From: a virus
Taxonomy: Duplodnaviria; Caudoviricetes
Virus record (IMG/VR): IMGVR_UViG_3300037249_000709
Span: 1 to 64,000 of that record
Direction: 5' to 3' (one strand)
Length of the DNA stretch: 64,000 bases
The stretch's first letter is position 1. Every line of letters begins with the position of its first letter. A program made the position numbers and the translations under genes. This document shows, in pieces, positions 31,669-42,477 of this stretch. The notes beneath the pieces were generated by a model, which saw only the letters and a program-made list of their open reading frames with translations, was not told where the DNA came from and did not search any database.

Positions 31669-32231
31669 CATTGGCTTCCTCCTCTGTTTCTTCAATTAGT
31701 CCAAATCCTCGAACGCCGCAAGGACTTAAACAATAATCAAACCATTGAGAGTTTAGTGCGTTTGGTCTGCAATATATCATTGTATATCTTCGCTGAATAA
31801 TTGGTGCGGCAAATTCTTCAACCCAAAATACGTCAAGCAAATTGCTCGAATAAATCAAACTATTGACATTGTTTTCTTTATCTGCTATGTATTCATCTCC
31901 GAGTATTTTTTTGAGATATTCTTGTGCCATTTCCTTTGTCGGAGTGGCTATTGCTACGTTAATTTTTGTGTATTCCATTGATACTCTCCTTACTTGTTAT
32001 ACCAGCAGACATATGGGTATGTTTCATCATTCCACTCTTTTTTATCCCACACGCTTATATCTGTTTCCCATCTCCCATTGTATAGATAACCTTCACCATC
32101 AAAAGATGTAAACCAACCTTCTTTAATTAACCTCTTAAATTCCTTGCTGTCATAAACTACGCAGCCATCTGCTTCCAGTTCTACTTGGACTTCCTCTAAA
32201 TCTTTCACTTTTACTTAATCTCCTTTTTTGT

Positions 32232-32717
32232 TTATCCGCCCATATTGGGGAATGGGCATTCCCATTGCCAATCATTATATTTAATTATCTCGTCCAGCGT
32301 AACTTCACCGCCGATAATTTCGATTTCGTGACAGAATTGCATACCACATTCGATACCATATAGACGAATATCGAGGTTAAATTTCTTTGATATATCAACC
32401 CAATTTTCGGGTAGTAAATCCCACGCTTGTCTTACATTTACTACACAGCAAGATAAATTTTCATCATCTTGGTGAAAGTGTGTTTCTCCGTTGATAAACG
32501 CTCGTCGTGTGCCTTCTACCCATGTAGAGCTATCCCCAATTACAATATCTATCCACCCGTCATCTTCTTCGAGGCTAATATAATCATCTCTTGGGAGTTT
32601 TGTTACTTCATTTTTTGATAAATCATAAAAAGAACAACTAATCCCTTCTAAAAAGAATCTTTTGATGTCTGCATATTTTCCGCGCAGTTTTAAACTGCCT
32701 TCACACCAGTTTGGCAT
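32232..32717 (-). CDS. conserved phage protein (DUF1281/Api92-like N-terminus)
   Basis: MPNWCEG start, QAW. Confidence 0.5.
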   Translation of the reverse strand: MPNWCEGSLKLRGKYADIKRFFLEGISCSFYDLSKNEVTKLPRDDYISLEEDDGWIDIVIGDSSTWVEGTRRAFINGETHFHQDDENLSCCVVNVRQAWDLLPENWVDISKKFNLDIRLYGIECGMQFCHEIEIIGGEVTLDEIIKYNDWQWECPFPNMGG

Positions 32718-34628
32718 TTCAATCCTCCTTGTCCGTTGCTAATTTCATTTAAATCTTCTTCTGTAATTTCTCCGATAGTAGTAAGCAAACAGGGCTTTAC
32801 ATAATCATTAAACCATTTCGTGGTTCTTACCTCTTTAGTACAAAATACCATATGAAACCTCATACCAAGTACATTGAGATTATTTTCACCTACCCACAAA
32901 AATTCCATCAACGAGTTTTCATATATCAATCTCGGCGTGTTGTATTCCTTACCTGCGGGATAAGCTGCACCCAATTTATACTTTAAGAAGTTCTTTGCCA
33001 TTTCTCGTGTTGGAGTAATGATTGCAACCCTTATTCTATCGTAGCACATTTTAATTCTCTCTTTTATTCACACTGTCTATTTGTCTTTTCGGCAATGCTA
33101 AGTATAGCCAATTACCTTCTATTGTCTTTTCTAACACCCGATATTGCAGACTCTTTAAAACAGAAATGTGTACTGGATGCCCACGCCAATAGAACAGGGT
33201 GTCTTTGCTATTCACAAATTGTTCCATTGATTTAATAGGTTCACCTTCGATGTATTTCCGTTTTGGTTCTAACGTGGTTTCTTCGTACTCTTTGCGAATT
33301 TCACAAGTATCTGACCTCCAGCACTTATTGTGCGTTTGTTTTCCGTTTCTTTTTGTATGTTTATGTGCATATTCGCAATTTCTACAAGGGTTTTTCATCT
33401 TACCGTCCTCTTAGATTTTTAAAATGCGTGTTTTATTGTTTTGTACCTATGTAAAATTATAAGGTGCTAAAACCTCAAATTAATAATATTGTTTAGCACC
33501 TATTCACAAAGGTTTTGGCGAGTGCCAATACCTCACCTTTTGGCTGCAAAATCAGCCGTTACTCACGATTTTTAGAAAATCGCTTTCTGTTTAAAGCTCG
33601 TTAGGGCTTAATTTGTTTAGGCATTACGCCTTGCCTTTCGTTCTTCTCGTTCTCGAATAATTTTCGCTCTTTCCGACAACTCTTTGGCAATTCCATTAAG
33701 CTGAACTTTCTGCTCAAACAAGTACATCATAGCCTTTTCGAGTTTTGCTCTCTCGGCATTTCCTATCTTAGAATTATAACGACGTTTCTTTTCCTCTAAT
33801 TGCTTTTCGATTTTCAATGCGTTTTGGCGGTAATCTTCCGCCCACTTTTCGTAGTCATCTGCGGTCATCATCTTTGCCCTTTCGTGTATGTTTATAATAT
33901 AGTTATTTGGATTGTTTCTTAGAGGCTAAAAAATATGCGAAAAATGTAAAAAAGTCCTCAAAATTCGCTCATTTTTCGTGATTTTATTACACATATTACA
34001 AATTTTGTATAACAAATCTGTCGATAAAACTATTATTTTATTTGCACTCTTTTTTATATCTTTCATTTTCTGCCACAAGGAGATTCCAAAGGTCAGATAT
34101 TGATGTCAGTGGTATCGGATTTCCAGCTTCATCTTTAACGCCATATTCCTCCGCCTTTGTGCCACACTCTAATTCGCACACCCAATAGTCTATCCACTCG
34201 TATTTGTCATTGGTGAGCTTTTCAAGAAGTTCGACTACATTATAGGCTAAGTCGGGAAATTCCAGTGAGAAATCACCTGCTCTATTTTCTCGGTAGTATT
34301 TCCTACCCAACTCATAAAGAGCATTCGACAGCTCTGTGATTGAAATTACATCTTTAAGATGTCTTTCAAATTCTTCATAGGTTATTTGCATCGCAACCTC
34401 CTGTATGTAAAATCTTAGTATGACTCTGCTTGTCCCTTCGTGCAGAAGAAGTGGAAACCTGTTGAACACTCTTCATTGCTCATATCGAAATTGTCTATTA
34501 CAACATCATCTGCAAGCATTCATAGCCGCCGCACGAACACGCCAATCCTCGTCTTTCAGCCAACGCTCGATAGTTTCAATAGATAATTCTTTTTTCATAT
34601 TAGTATCTCCTTTAAAAATTTGTATTTT

Positions 34629-34808
34629 TTAATAATTAAAACCTTTCAAATACTCATCAATTCTTGATTGAGCTGCATCCGACAACCTTAGTGTGCCGGA
34701 CTTCCATTGATATATTGCTTGTGGGGATAACCCAACTTTTCTTGCAACAACCGTCATCGGTACTCCAACTTCATCTAAGAACTTGTTAAGTCGTTCGACC
34801 AAACTCAA
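34629..34808 (-). CDS. Cro-like HTH protein (59 aa, not in ORF track)
   Basis: AAGGTG RBS, TTG; MSLVERLNKFLDEVGVPMTVVARKVGLSPQAIYQWKSG; directly behind a promoter. Confidence 0.75.
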   Translation of the reverse strand: MSLVERLNKFLDEVGVPMTVVARKVGLSPQAIYQWKSGTLRLSDAAQSRIDEYLKGFNY

Positions 34809-34913
34809 TGATTTTCACCTTCTTGTTAAATGTTCTTATGATAATAACTATAAAGTATTTTTGTAAATTTAATAGTGCAGGTTGTCTGCACTATTGATTT
34901 CCTCAACATCTTT

Positions 34914-34960
34914 ATTATATCATAAATTCTCAAATTTGTCAAGTAGTTATTTGGGTGTAT
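34914..34960 (-). promoter_or_regulatory. sigma-A promoter with ACCCAAATAACT box
   Basis: TTGACA-17-TATAAT. Confidence 0.85.
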
Positions 34961-34969
34961 TTAAGAAAA

Positions 34970-35836
34970 TTATAAATTTATTTTGCTCCACCGTTTTTTA
35001 TCCCAATACTTCCATTCGATATGTCCGGACATTATTCTGACTTCCACATCTTCTATCTTGTCAAATTGTAGAATATAATCCCTATATATTTGTTTGGTGT
35101 CATTCGGGATATTATATATGCCTGCCCACCTATCAAGTGTGTGGTCAATTTGCTCTATCGACCACTCGACATCGGACAATGCTGCTTGTCGCTCAAATTC
35201 TTTTTCTATTTCATCATATTTAGCTTTTACTTCCTCTGCTGTTTTGCACAAGTCACGGAATTGGACAGTTAAATATGTTGGGTGGTATTTGCCGTTATAG
35301 TTTCTAATAATACGCCACCCCTTATGTTTATCAATCTCGGTTTCAAATCTGCCGTAATCGTTTTCTTGAACTTTAACCAAGATACCATTCTCTATAGCTT
35401 TTCTGATAATTTCTTCCGTTAATGTTCCATTGACACGCAGCACATTTTTATTCTCGTCAAACGGTTCAAATGTTATGTGCATTAACTCGGTGTTGTACGT
35501 CCAACCCTTTGGAAGTTTCTGCCATCGTGTTGGGGTTTCAAACTCATTAGCTGGTACTCCCTCAATAATTCGACATTCTTTATAGTCGTATAGTTGTACG
35601 GTCGTTTGACCACTATAATGTGCTATAACCTCACCAAAGCAAAGATGATATCCACCACCCAAAGGTATTGATGAACCCGAAGGCGAATAATTTGAAAGCC
35701 AAAACACAAAATTACCTATCGGAAATGATTCGCATTGTTTATTGCAGTGGCGAGGGCATAATGTCCAATTCCAATTTTCCGTATCTTCTCGTATAGTTTC
35801 CGGAGTTACTATTGGGGTATATTCAGCCATATTCAA
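34970..35836 (-). CDS. hypothetical protein
   Basis: 288-aa ORF with RBS. Confidence 0.6.
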   Translation of the reverse strand: MNMAEYTPIVTPETIREDTENWNWTLCPRHCNKQCESFPIGNFVFWLSNYSPSGSSIPLGGGYHLCFGEVIAHYSGQTTVQLYDYKECRIIEGVPANEFETPTRWQKLPKGWTYNTELMHITFEPFDENKNVLRVNGTLTEEIIRKAIENGILVKVQENDYGRFETEIDKHKGWRIIRNYNGKYHPTYLTVQFRDLCKTAEEVKAKYDEIEKEFERQAALSDVEWSIEQIDHTLDRWAGIYNIPNDTKQIYRDYILQFDKIEDVEVRIMSGHIEWKYWDKKRWSKINL

Positions 35837-35852
35837 ACACCTCTTGCATTAT

Positions 35853-36332
35853 TTAGTTATTAACGCACTCGAATCTATATTCCATTATTCCGCTATAATT
35901 ACCTGCCTTGCCATAATCTTCATAGGTTATGCCAAAATCTTTTGTTGCAAAACCTTGACTAATATCATTTGCTGAAAATGACACAAGTGGTGTAACAGTG
36001 TCAACATTGGTGTTTAATGCGTTATTCACAAATCCGCACCTAATAGAACCGCTTCCGCTTTCGTGGGTTAGCGATATGGAATTAGCATCGTCTATGTTGG
36101 TTACATAAACATTAACCGAGCAATCATTTTCCAAATCGGCATCATTTATTGTAACTGGCACATAATTACCACTATTCAAGTCAATGGTTGCCGGAATTGT
36201 AATATTGTATCTACTGTAAATATGTGCTTTGATTTCTGCTTGACCGCTGCCAGCAATGTTTTCAGCATATGCCGTAAATGAGCTACATAAAACCATAGCA
36301 ATAGCCATAATAATTGATATTCTTTTCTTCAT
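35853..36332 (-). CDS. secreted beta-rich (WxL-like) protein
   Basis: signal peptide, ITIPATIDL, AGNYSGIMEY. Confidence 0.55.
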   Translation of the reverse strand: MKKRISIIMAIAMVLCSSFTAYAENIAGSGQAEIKAHIYSRYNITIPATIDLNSGNYVPVTINDADLENDCSVNVYVTNIDDANSISLTHESGSGSIRCGFVNNALNTNVDTVTPLVSFSANDISQGFATKDFGITYEDYGKAGNYSGIMEYRFECVNN

Positions 36333-36338
36333 ATTACC

Positions 36339-36791
36339 TCACTTAGAATTTATTTCAATATTGATTGTACCGCTATTCAAGACGGATTTATCATTTAACG
36401 AATAACACTTATAAGCTAACAAGCAATTTTTGTATAATCCTCTTTTTAGCGGTAATGAAATCTCTATCTCGCTTATTCTTTCGTTCGGCTCGATATAATC
36501 CGACTGCCAAAGCTCTATTCCATTTGAAAGACGTAACTCAATTTTAAAATAGCAGGAGTTTTCTGCTGGATTATAAAAGTCAACTTGCTGCGTTGTTTTT
36601 CCTGCGTCAAAATTCAAACCGCTAACAGCCGGGATTACTATTGTATCTTCTGAATCATATGGAACGAAATCAAGGGTGCTAATATTAGGTATAGCAGTTT
36701 CATCGGGTATCACATCAGTTTCGTTTGTGTCAATGATTACTAATGCTATTACAACCACAACAAAAGCAATTATTCGTCTTTTAATTTTCAT
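36339..36791 (-). CDS. membrane-anchored Ig-like protein
   Basis: N-terminal TM, NPAEN.CYF. Confidence 0.5.
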   Translation of the reverse strand: MKIKRRIIAFVVVVIALVIIDTNETDVIPDETAIPNISTLDFVPYDSEDTIVIPAVSGLNFDAGKTTQQVDFYNPAENSCYFKIELRLSNGIELWQSDYIEPNERISEIEISLPLKRGLYKNCLLAYKCYSLNDKSVLNSGTINIEINSK

Positions 36792-37030
36792 TAGGACGTT
36801 TTCTCACTTCTTGATAGAGTGCAATAATCGACCGTTGATAAACCTTTTCGGTCATATCCCCCGTGTGCTGTTTCATAAAGCCCGCATATTCACTATTGCA
36901 ATGCTTGCAATTATGTATATAAACTGGATAACCATATCCATTTATATCCTCAACTGTGTTTTCGGGAACATTCTCAAATGTTTCTTGAAATCCACAATTT
37001 GGACAATAAAAATAGAACATTATTTGCACC

Positions 37031-37810
37031 TCACTCTATTCTTTTTATTTCTTGATATATAACATTGTGCTTTTTATATATGCCATACTCGTTTTTGTGT
37101 AAGTGACCGCTCCACCACTCTGAATATTGCAGTCCATTTTCAATTAACTTGTCAAAGTAATCTCCAAGACTATCCGAATCGTAGAAACCGAACCATTTGC
37201 AAACTTCTTTGTTCGGGCAATGTGTCAGAACATAATCCACTCTATACCCGACCTTTTCTAATTCGCTAATCCCTCTTTGCATTTCTTCCTCGCTCGGAAG
37301 TTCCTCTTTCCACCACGAGATGCCATCAATTCTTAATAGCTCTCCGCTGCGCGTTCTCTTATTGTAATCCCTTGCCAAGTCTTTGAGCGATTTATAATCT
37401 GATGGTTTTAATATTCCGTCTTTAATGTCGTGGCTACTTGCACCGCCCATAGCAAAGAACTTTTTACCCTCAAAATCAAAGATATATCCACGCATTAGAT
37501 GATAGATGTTATCACGAATTTTATGAGCTTTGCCACCGTGAAAATCTACGATAGGAAATTCATCGGTGTAATACCTTGAATGATTCTCGTGATTGCCGTC
37601 TATATAACAGAGAGTAAAAGGTTTATCATTAAGCCAACCGAGCCAATAGTTTTCTTCCGACATATCCATCTTCTCGTTAAACCATACACCACCAAAATCT
37701 CCGAGAATAATTACAATATCATCTTTGGTCAATCCTTTTTGCTCTGGAAACCTTTTTGTTGTAAATCTTCCAAAATCAGCGTGTGTATCTCCCGTTATAT
37801 AGATAGCCAT
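37031..37810 (-). CDS. calcineurin-like metallophosphoesterase
   Basis: GDTH, GDFG, DGNHEN, GHLH. Confidence 0.9.
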   Translation of the reverse strand: MAIYITGDTHADFGRFTTKRFPEQKGLTKDDIVIILGDFGGVWFNEKMDMSEENYWLGWLNDKPFTLCYIDGNHENHSRYYTDEFPIVDFHGGKAHKIRDNIYHLMRGYIFDFEGKKFFAMGGASSHDIKDGILKPSDYKSLKDLARDYNKRTRSGELLRIDGISWWKEELPSEEEMQRGISELEKVGYRVDYVLTHCPNKEVCKWFGFYDSDSLGDYFDKLIENGLQYSEWWSGHLHKNEYGIYKKHNVIYQEIKRIE

Positions 37811-37818
37811 TGTTTACC

Positions 37819-38508
37819 TCACTTCTTATCTGTAGCTCTTTTGATTGCCTCCGCAAGCACATCAATTAGCTTTTCTGTTTCGGCAGCTTCTCGTCTTGCC
37901 TGCCGTCTTGCTCTCTTTTCTGCCAACTTCTTTGCTCTCTGCTTCTCTGCTTCGTCAGCTCTACGAGCTTCATCTTCCCATTCTCTATTTTCTTTCATTA
38001 CCTTCATAGCGTGACGAATAACAGAGTTGTAAACCTTTGTGCCGCTTACCGAATCACTAACAGACATTAGCTTCTTTGTGATACAAATAGAAATTCCTGT
38101 TTCAAGAGAATACGTATCTTCGTCGCTTAGTATAGCCTTCTCGGTTGTTCCATCTGCAAAATCAACCATAACAACCTTCGGCTCGTCCGTGTTAGGCTTA
38201 TTTACAACTCTAACATCTTCAATATTTGGCATTAGGTAAGCATAATAACCATATGCATCTCTTATTTTAATACTATCGTCACCATAGCGAACATTACTCT
38301 TTTTCTCATTGTTATCATAACCAATAGCTGGTGTTCTTGGTTGTAATGAGGTTATGTTTGGAATAAAATCTCCGACGTAAGATATCCCATAATCATGTTT
38401 CCTAATCGCCTTAATCCAATTAGCTTCGATTTCCTTTTTAATTTCCTCGTTGTTTTTGTAATCACACATTTTAAATCTCCCTTTATTATATTTGTTTTTT
38501 TTGCACAA
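37819..38508 (-). CDS. conserved phage hypothetical protein
   Basis: FADGT..A....D.Y..E.G..C..KK pattern. Confidence 0.55.
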   Translation of the reverse strand: MCKKNKYNKGRFKMCDYKNNEEIKKEIEANWIKAIRKHDYGISYVGDFIPNITSLQPRTPAIGYDNNEKKSNVRYGDDSIKIRDAYGYYAYLMPNIEDVRVVNKPNTDEPKVVMVDFADGTTEKAILSDEDTYSLETGISICITKKLMSVSDSVSGTKVYNSVIRHAMKVMKENREWEDEARRADEAEKQRAKKLAEKRARRQARREAAETEKLIDVLAEAIKRATDKK

Positions 38509-38539
38509 TACCTTTTAATTATTTAAGGCTTTGTGCATA

Positions 38540-38623
38540 TGGTGAGGCTGGTGGGACTTGAACCCACAACGCTTACGCAACGGGTTTTGAGACCGCCCTA
38601 TCTGCCAATTCCAGCACAACCGT
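38540..38623 (-). tRNA. tRNA-Leu(CAA), 5' end disrupted by IS607
   Basis: cloverleaf with CAA anticodon, long variable arm, CCA; first two acceptor pairs mismatched. Confidence 0.8.
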
Positions 38624-38793
38624 TACTGAAAACTTATAAAAAGTTATAAAGCAAAAACTTTTATGTTCCATTCCTTATTCAACGTGTCCATTTTTGATAT
38701 GACAAGCCATTATCTACTCATGTTTGGTATAACACTCCGAAGGCGTAAATTCCCGACTAACGTATCGGTACACATTAACAGCACTTGTTTTAG

Positions 38794-39954
38794 CTATGCT
38801 GTCAATCCATAATTCATTAAGTTGACACTTGCCTGAAAATCTCTATCAATCGTTAGTCCGCATTCTGAACAATGATAAATTCTGTCAGATAGTTTCAAAT
38901 CGTTTTTGATATTTCCACAACAGGAACACATTTTACTTGATGGATAGTATCTATCTGCTATCACAAGCTCAATGTTGTGCCAATGACACTTGTATTCTAT
39001 CTGTCTGTAAAATTCATAAAAACATTGTTCCTGAACCACTCTTGACAAGTATTTATTTTTCATCATACCGGTTACATTCAAATCTTCTAAAACAATAAAC
39101 TTTGGCTTTCGGTTTATGATTTCGGAAGTGACAGAATGTAAATAGTTATGACGAATATTTGTTAGTCTGTGATTTGCTTTTAAAAGATTTCTTTCACTTT
39201 TTACAATGTTGCGTGTTTTACAGAAACAACCTTCTTCCTTGTTTTTTAAGTATTTTTTAGATACTCTGCGTTGCAACCTACGCTGTTTCTTCTTTATTTT
39301 TCTAATCTTTTCAGTTTTGTTAATATTCGGATAGACATTACCATCAGAACAAATTGCTAAATCTTTGATGCCAATATCAATTCCTATTCCTTGATTTGTT
39401 GGCTTTTCTTGTGATTCTTCACAATCAATTCCAACGGAAATCCACCAATTTAAGCCATCAAAAGTGATTCGTGGATTGGAATATTTTACATTAACGGGAA
39501 TCCTATTAGACTCTGCCAATTTTACATAATTGAATTTCTGCTTGTTCTTCTTTCGGCTTGTTGTCAGCTTTTCTAACTTTACATGAGTAGAAGTAAAACT
39601 GATTTTGGCAGTATCAGCATAAAAAGATGGTCTGGATTTTCTTTTGCTCTTGAATTTCGGAAATCCTGCAATACCTCTAAAAAAGTTTTGATATGCTGCG
39701 CAAGCATCTTTGATGGCTTGTTTTGTAATGTTATTGCTATAATCATTTAGCCATGTATATTTTGACTGTTTTTTCAGTTCTGTGAAAATTCTGCGAAGTT
39801 CGTAATGGGAAATAAACGAATTTTCGGCTTCGTGATTTGCTTTTTCATAGCCTAATGCCCAATTATAGGCAAATCTTGCTGCCCCCACACATTCAAACAA
39901 CTTTGTTTTCTGTTTGTTGTTTGGAAGGAGCATTACTTTGATGGTCTTAATCAT
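38794..39954 (-). CDS. tnpB: TnpB RNA-guided nuclease
   Basis: GIDIGIK, VLEDL, CSCCG..CSECG zinc finger, DRDFQASVNL. Confidence 0.95.
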   Translation of the reverse strand: MIKTIKVMLLPNNKQKTKLFECVGAARFAYNWALGYEKANHEAENSFISHYELRRIFTELKKQSKYTWLNDYSNNITKQAIKDACAAYQNFFRGIAGFPKFKSKRKSRPSFYADTAKISFTSTHVKLEKLTTSRKKNKQKFNYVKLAESNRIPVNVKYSNPRITFDGLNWWISVGIDCEESQEKPTNQGIGIDIGIKDLAICSDGNVYPNINKTEKIRKIKKKQRRLQRRVSKKYLKNKEEGCFCKTRNIVKSERNLLKANHRLTNIRHNYLHSVTSEIINRKPKFIVLEDLNVTGMMKNKYLSRVVQEQCFYEFYRQIEYKCHWHNIELVIADRYYPSSKMCSCCGNIKNDLKLSDRIYHCSECGLTIDRDFQASVNLMNYGLTA

Positions 39955-40058
39955 TTTCTGTAAGTTCCTTTATCATTTTTTTACTTTATTCGCACGCTAT
40001 AATAGCAATAACCATTTACACTTTTATGATGTGGTCTTAACTTGCTGGATTTATCCCA
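39947..40058 (-). pseudogene. tnpA: internally deleted IS607 tnpA (serine recombinase)
   Basis: WDKSSKLRPHHKSVNGYCYYS joined to RANKVKKMIKELTEND*. Confidence 0.7.
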
Positions 40059-40106
40059 TTATTACAATATTTTATAGGAATGTTCTAACTATTAAAACCC
40101 TCATAG

Positions 40107-40178
40107 TAACCGGTACGGGACTCGAACCCGCGTCTCCGCCTTGAAAGGGCGATGTCTTAGCCTCTTGACCAACCGGTC
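40107..40178 (-). tRNA. tRNA-Glu(TTC)
   Basis: cloverleaf, loop CTTTCAA. Confidence 0.9.
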
Positions 40179-40183
40179 ATAAG

Positions 40184-40257
40184 TGGGAAGTATGAGAATT
40201 GAACTCATTCCGACAGTGCCACAAACTGCCGTGCTAAACCATTACACTAACAACCCC
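40184..40257 (-). tRNA. tRNA-His(GTG), G-1/A73
   Basis: loop TTGTGGC; two U.U pairs in acceptor stem. Confidence 0.8.
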
Positions 40258-40264
40258 GTATGAG

Positions 40265-40337
40265 CCTGAGTGGTGAGACTCGAACTCACGGCATCTTGCT
40301 CCCAAAGCAAGCATTCTACCAACTGAATTACACCCAG
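40265..40337 (-). tRNA. tRNA-Pro(TGG)
   Basis: loop TTTGGGA. Confidence 0.9.
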
Positions 40338-40426
40338 ATGTTGCCTTGCGACCAACAAGACATATTTTTTTCATTCGCGGACTCACATCACAAGTCAATT
40401 CGATTGCCGCAAAGGTCGATGTTCAG

Positions 40427-40497
40427 AGTGGATAAAGGGAATCGAACCCTTGTCTTTTGGTTGGAAACCAAGTATTAACCCTCTTAACTATACCCAC
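40427..40497 (-). tRNA. tRNA-Gly(TCC)
   Basis: loop TTTCCAA. Confidence 0.85.
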
Positions 40498-40761
40498 ATA
40501 TACAATTTGCGGAGTCAACCTACCCTATCCGCAATCAGAATACCGTACAATTTTGATAATGACTACCAAAACTGCCATATCCCTAACCAAAATTGCACCG
40601 AAATCCACACGGTACGACGAATCACAACCTCTGCAAAGGCTATAATCCTTTTGCCAGACCAACCTTGCAGGATTACTCTGACTTGGATTCGCATTTTAAC
40701 ACTTATGAACGTGTTGGGCTGCTGGCACACCCATCAAGTTTAACGACATTGACAAGTCAAG

Positions 40762-40839
40762 TTTCGAGGATAGGAATCGAACCTATGTTTGCCAATATCG
40801 TGCAAAGAACAGCTGTATAACACTAAGCACTACCTCGAA
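40762..40839 (-). tRNA. atypical or pseudo tRNA (GCA, Cys-like)
   Basis: perfect acceptor and T arms, unpaired anticodon stem. Confidence 0.5.
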
Positions 40840-40857
40840 ATATTTATTGAATTTAAG

Positions 40858-40941
40858 TGCCGGCGAAGGGACTTGAACCCTCACGAGTATTTCATCGACG
40901 GATTTTAAGTCCGTTGTGTCTGCCAATTCCACCACACCGAC
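40858..40941 (-). tRNA. tRNA-Leu(TAA)
   Basis: loop CTTAAAA, long V arm. Confidence 0.9.
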
Positions 40942-41076
40942 ATAAAGAGAACTCAGCTTTACCTCGCCCTTAACGACCATTCTCTTGTTACGGCTAATAC
41001 CGTACTGCCGACTGCCATACTCGCAGCTTTACTACTTCTAATCTTCCCTATTCAAGAGTAGCATTGAATAGCATAT

Positions 41077-41166
41077 TGGCGACAGAGGTAGGATTTGAAC
41101 CCACGGAGGGTTTCCCCCCAACGGTTTTCAAGACCGCTGCTTTAAGCCAAACTCAGCCACTCTGCC
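41077..41166 (-). tRNA. tRNA-Ser(TGA)
   Basis: loop CTTGAAA, long V arm, CCA. Confidence 0.9.
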
Positions 41167-41172
41167 ACATAG

Positions 41173-41252
41173 TGCGGATAACAGGATTTGAACCTGCACG
41201 CTTTCGCACCAGAACCTAAATCTGGCGTGTCTGCCTATTCCACCATATCCGC
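41173..41252 (-). tRNA. tRNA-Leu(TAG)
   Basis: loop TTTAGGT, long V arm. Confidence 0.9.
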
Positions 41253-41380
41253 ATATTCCGCAAGACCCTCAAACAACTTGCGGCAATTTGGCTAACCAAC
41301 ATAGAAAGGAGATACTACAAACAAAACACATCAACACAACAAAAACACAAAAGTTAGCCGGGTTTTAACTTATACTCAAA

Positions 41381-42145
41381 TTACAACTGTGAGAAGAATA
41401 AATCCATAAGATTCCATTTTCTTCTACCTACCCAAACATCAGAAGAAAACATTGGTGTGTACCAAATTTCTTGACTTGATGTTGGTGTCGGAAACAATGC
41501 CGATTTTCCGGTCAGCGGATTTGTCAGCGTATCGGCAATCACTACATAGCCTGGACAGCCAAGCAATGAAAGCTGTATATAACACATAAGTCCTGCTACC
41601 CTATCAATATCCTGCGCCACAAACAAGACGTGGTTTTGATAATTGATTTCTCTATCCTTTAACGCATTCGCCATAGCAATTAGCATTGCTCCTGCGCCGC
41701 AAGCAGGGTCATTAACCGAAATCCAGCCTTTTTCTTTTACTTCTTCTTCTGCAAAATCAGCATTGATTGCTGCCATTGTTCTACATACACAGTACGGGGT
41801 GAAGAATTGACCTTTCCAATGGCTACCAAGATTTAGCCCCATAAACAATTCTCCGAGAAAATCCTGCTCTGGATTTTCTTCTAATGCTTCAACAATATAA
41901 GCAAATAGCTTAGAGCTTTTATCTACTCCGCCAAGTCTTTCAATGCAATCTGCATACTCTTTTTCTCGCTTGTCGTGTGTTTCGCCCTCTCTATCAATAG
42001 AGTTTGCAATAGCACAAGCCGTTGCCGCGATAAAATCCGCCCACACACTCCAAGAGCTTCTTGATACGCAAAGTTCTCCAAATGTCTTGATGAAAGATTT
42101 TGCGTAATCGTTTCTTATGATTGTAGTTTTTACTGTTTTAGCCAT
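41381..42145 (-). CDS. N6-adenine MTase-like protein (HsdM-like N-terminal half)
   Basis: GQFFTPY, DPACGAG, QDID; no NPPF (WYTPMF instead). Confidence 0.75.
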   Translation of the reverse strand: MAKTVKTTIIRNDYAKSFIKTFGELCVSRSSWSVWADFIAATACAIANSIDREGETHDKREKEYADCIERLGGVDKSSKLFAYIVEALEENPEQDFLGELFMGLNLGSHWKGQFFTPYCVCRTMAAINADFAEEEVKEKGWISVNDPACGAGAMLIAMANALKDREINYQNHVLFVAQDIDRVAGLMCYIQLSLLGCPGYVVIADTLTNPLTGKSALFPTPTSSQEIWYTPMFSSDVWVGRRKWNLMDLFFSQL

Positions 42146-42170
42146 ACGAACATCACCTCAAAATAATAGT

Positions 42171-42245
42171 GGGTAATTTGGGATTCTCATACTGTTATAA
42201 CTTTAAACCAAATTATGTAATTAGAAGGAAGAATCCCAATAGCCC
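42171..42245 (-). ncRNA. structured repeat RNA unit A
   Basis: GGG-CUA-UUGGGAUUCU-UCCUUCUA-loop-AGAAUCCCAA-AUUA-CCC. Confidence 0.75.
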
Positions 42246-42299
42246 GTTCTCTACTCTCCCGGCGTTCGACCGAGAGAGTGAAATGGTGAGTCGTTTTGT

Positions 42300-42372
42300 A
42301 TCGGAAATTTTAGTTTCTAATCAAATACTTAAAATGGATATTTTTTTAGAAGGAAGAAACTAATTAGCCGAT
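42300..42372 (-). ncRNA. structured repeat RNA unit B
   Basis: AUCGG-CUA-AUUAGUUUCU-UCCUUCUA-loop-AGAAACUAAA-AUUU-CCGAU. Confidence 0.8.
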
Positions 42373-42380
42373 AATTTATT

Positions 42381-42461
42381 GGTCGGAAAGGTGGAGTTCT
42401 AAAATCTAATTCTTCAAAATCTGTATTATTCTATAAGAAGGAAGAACTACAATAGCCGACC
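42381..42461 (-). ncRNA. structured repeat RNA unit C
   Basis: GGUCGG-CUA-UUGUAGUUCU-UCCUUCUUA-loop-AGAACUCCAC-CUUU-CCGACC. Confidence 0.8.
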
Positions 42462-42477
42462 TCTTGACTACTCTTAT

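Larger units (their letters stand above)
38620..40098 (-). mobile_element. non-autonomous IS607-family element (tnpA remnant + tnpB + omegaRNA end)
   Basis: GG at both junctions; removal restores tRNA 5' GAGGTTG pairing with CAGCCTC. Confidence 0.85.

Noticed and set aside
34411-34598. HEAT-repeat-like ORF (DEDWRVRAAA)
   Set aside because: Interrupted by stops after ~30 codons; too short to call
38620-40098. IStron (group I intron-IS607 hybrid)
   Set aside because: The left end is only ~145 bp before tnpB and is explained by a tnpA remnant; no room for an intron core
40260-40980. ORFs over the tRNA cluster
   Set aside because: They overlap recognisable tRNA genes
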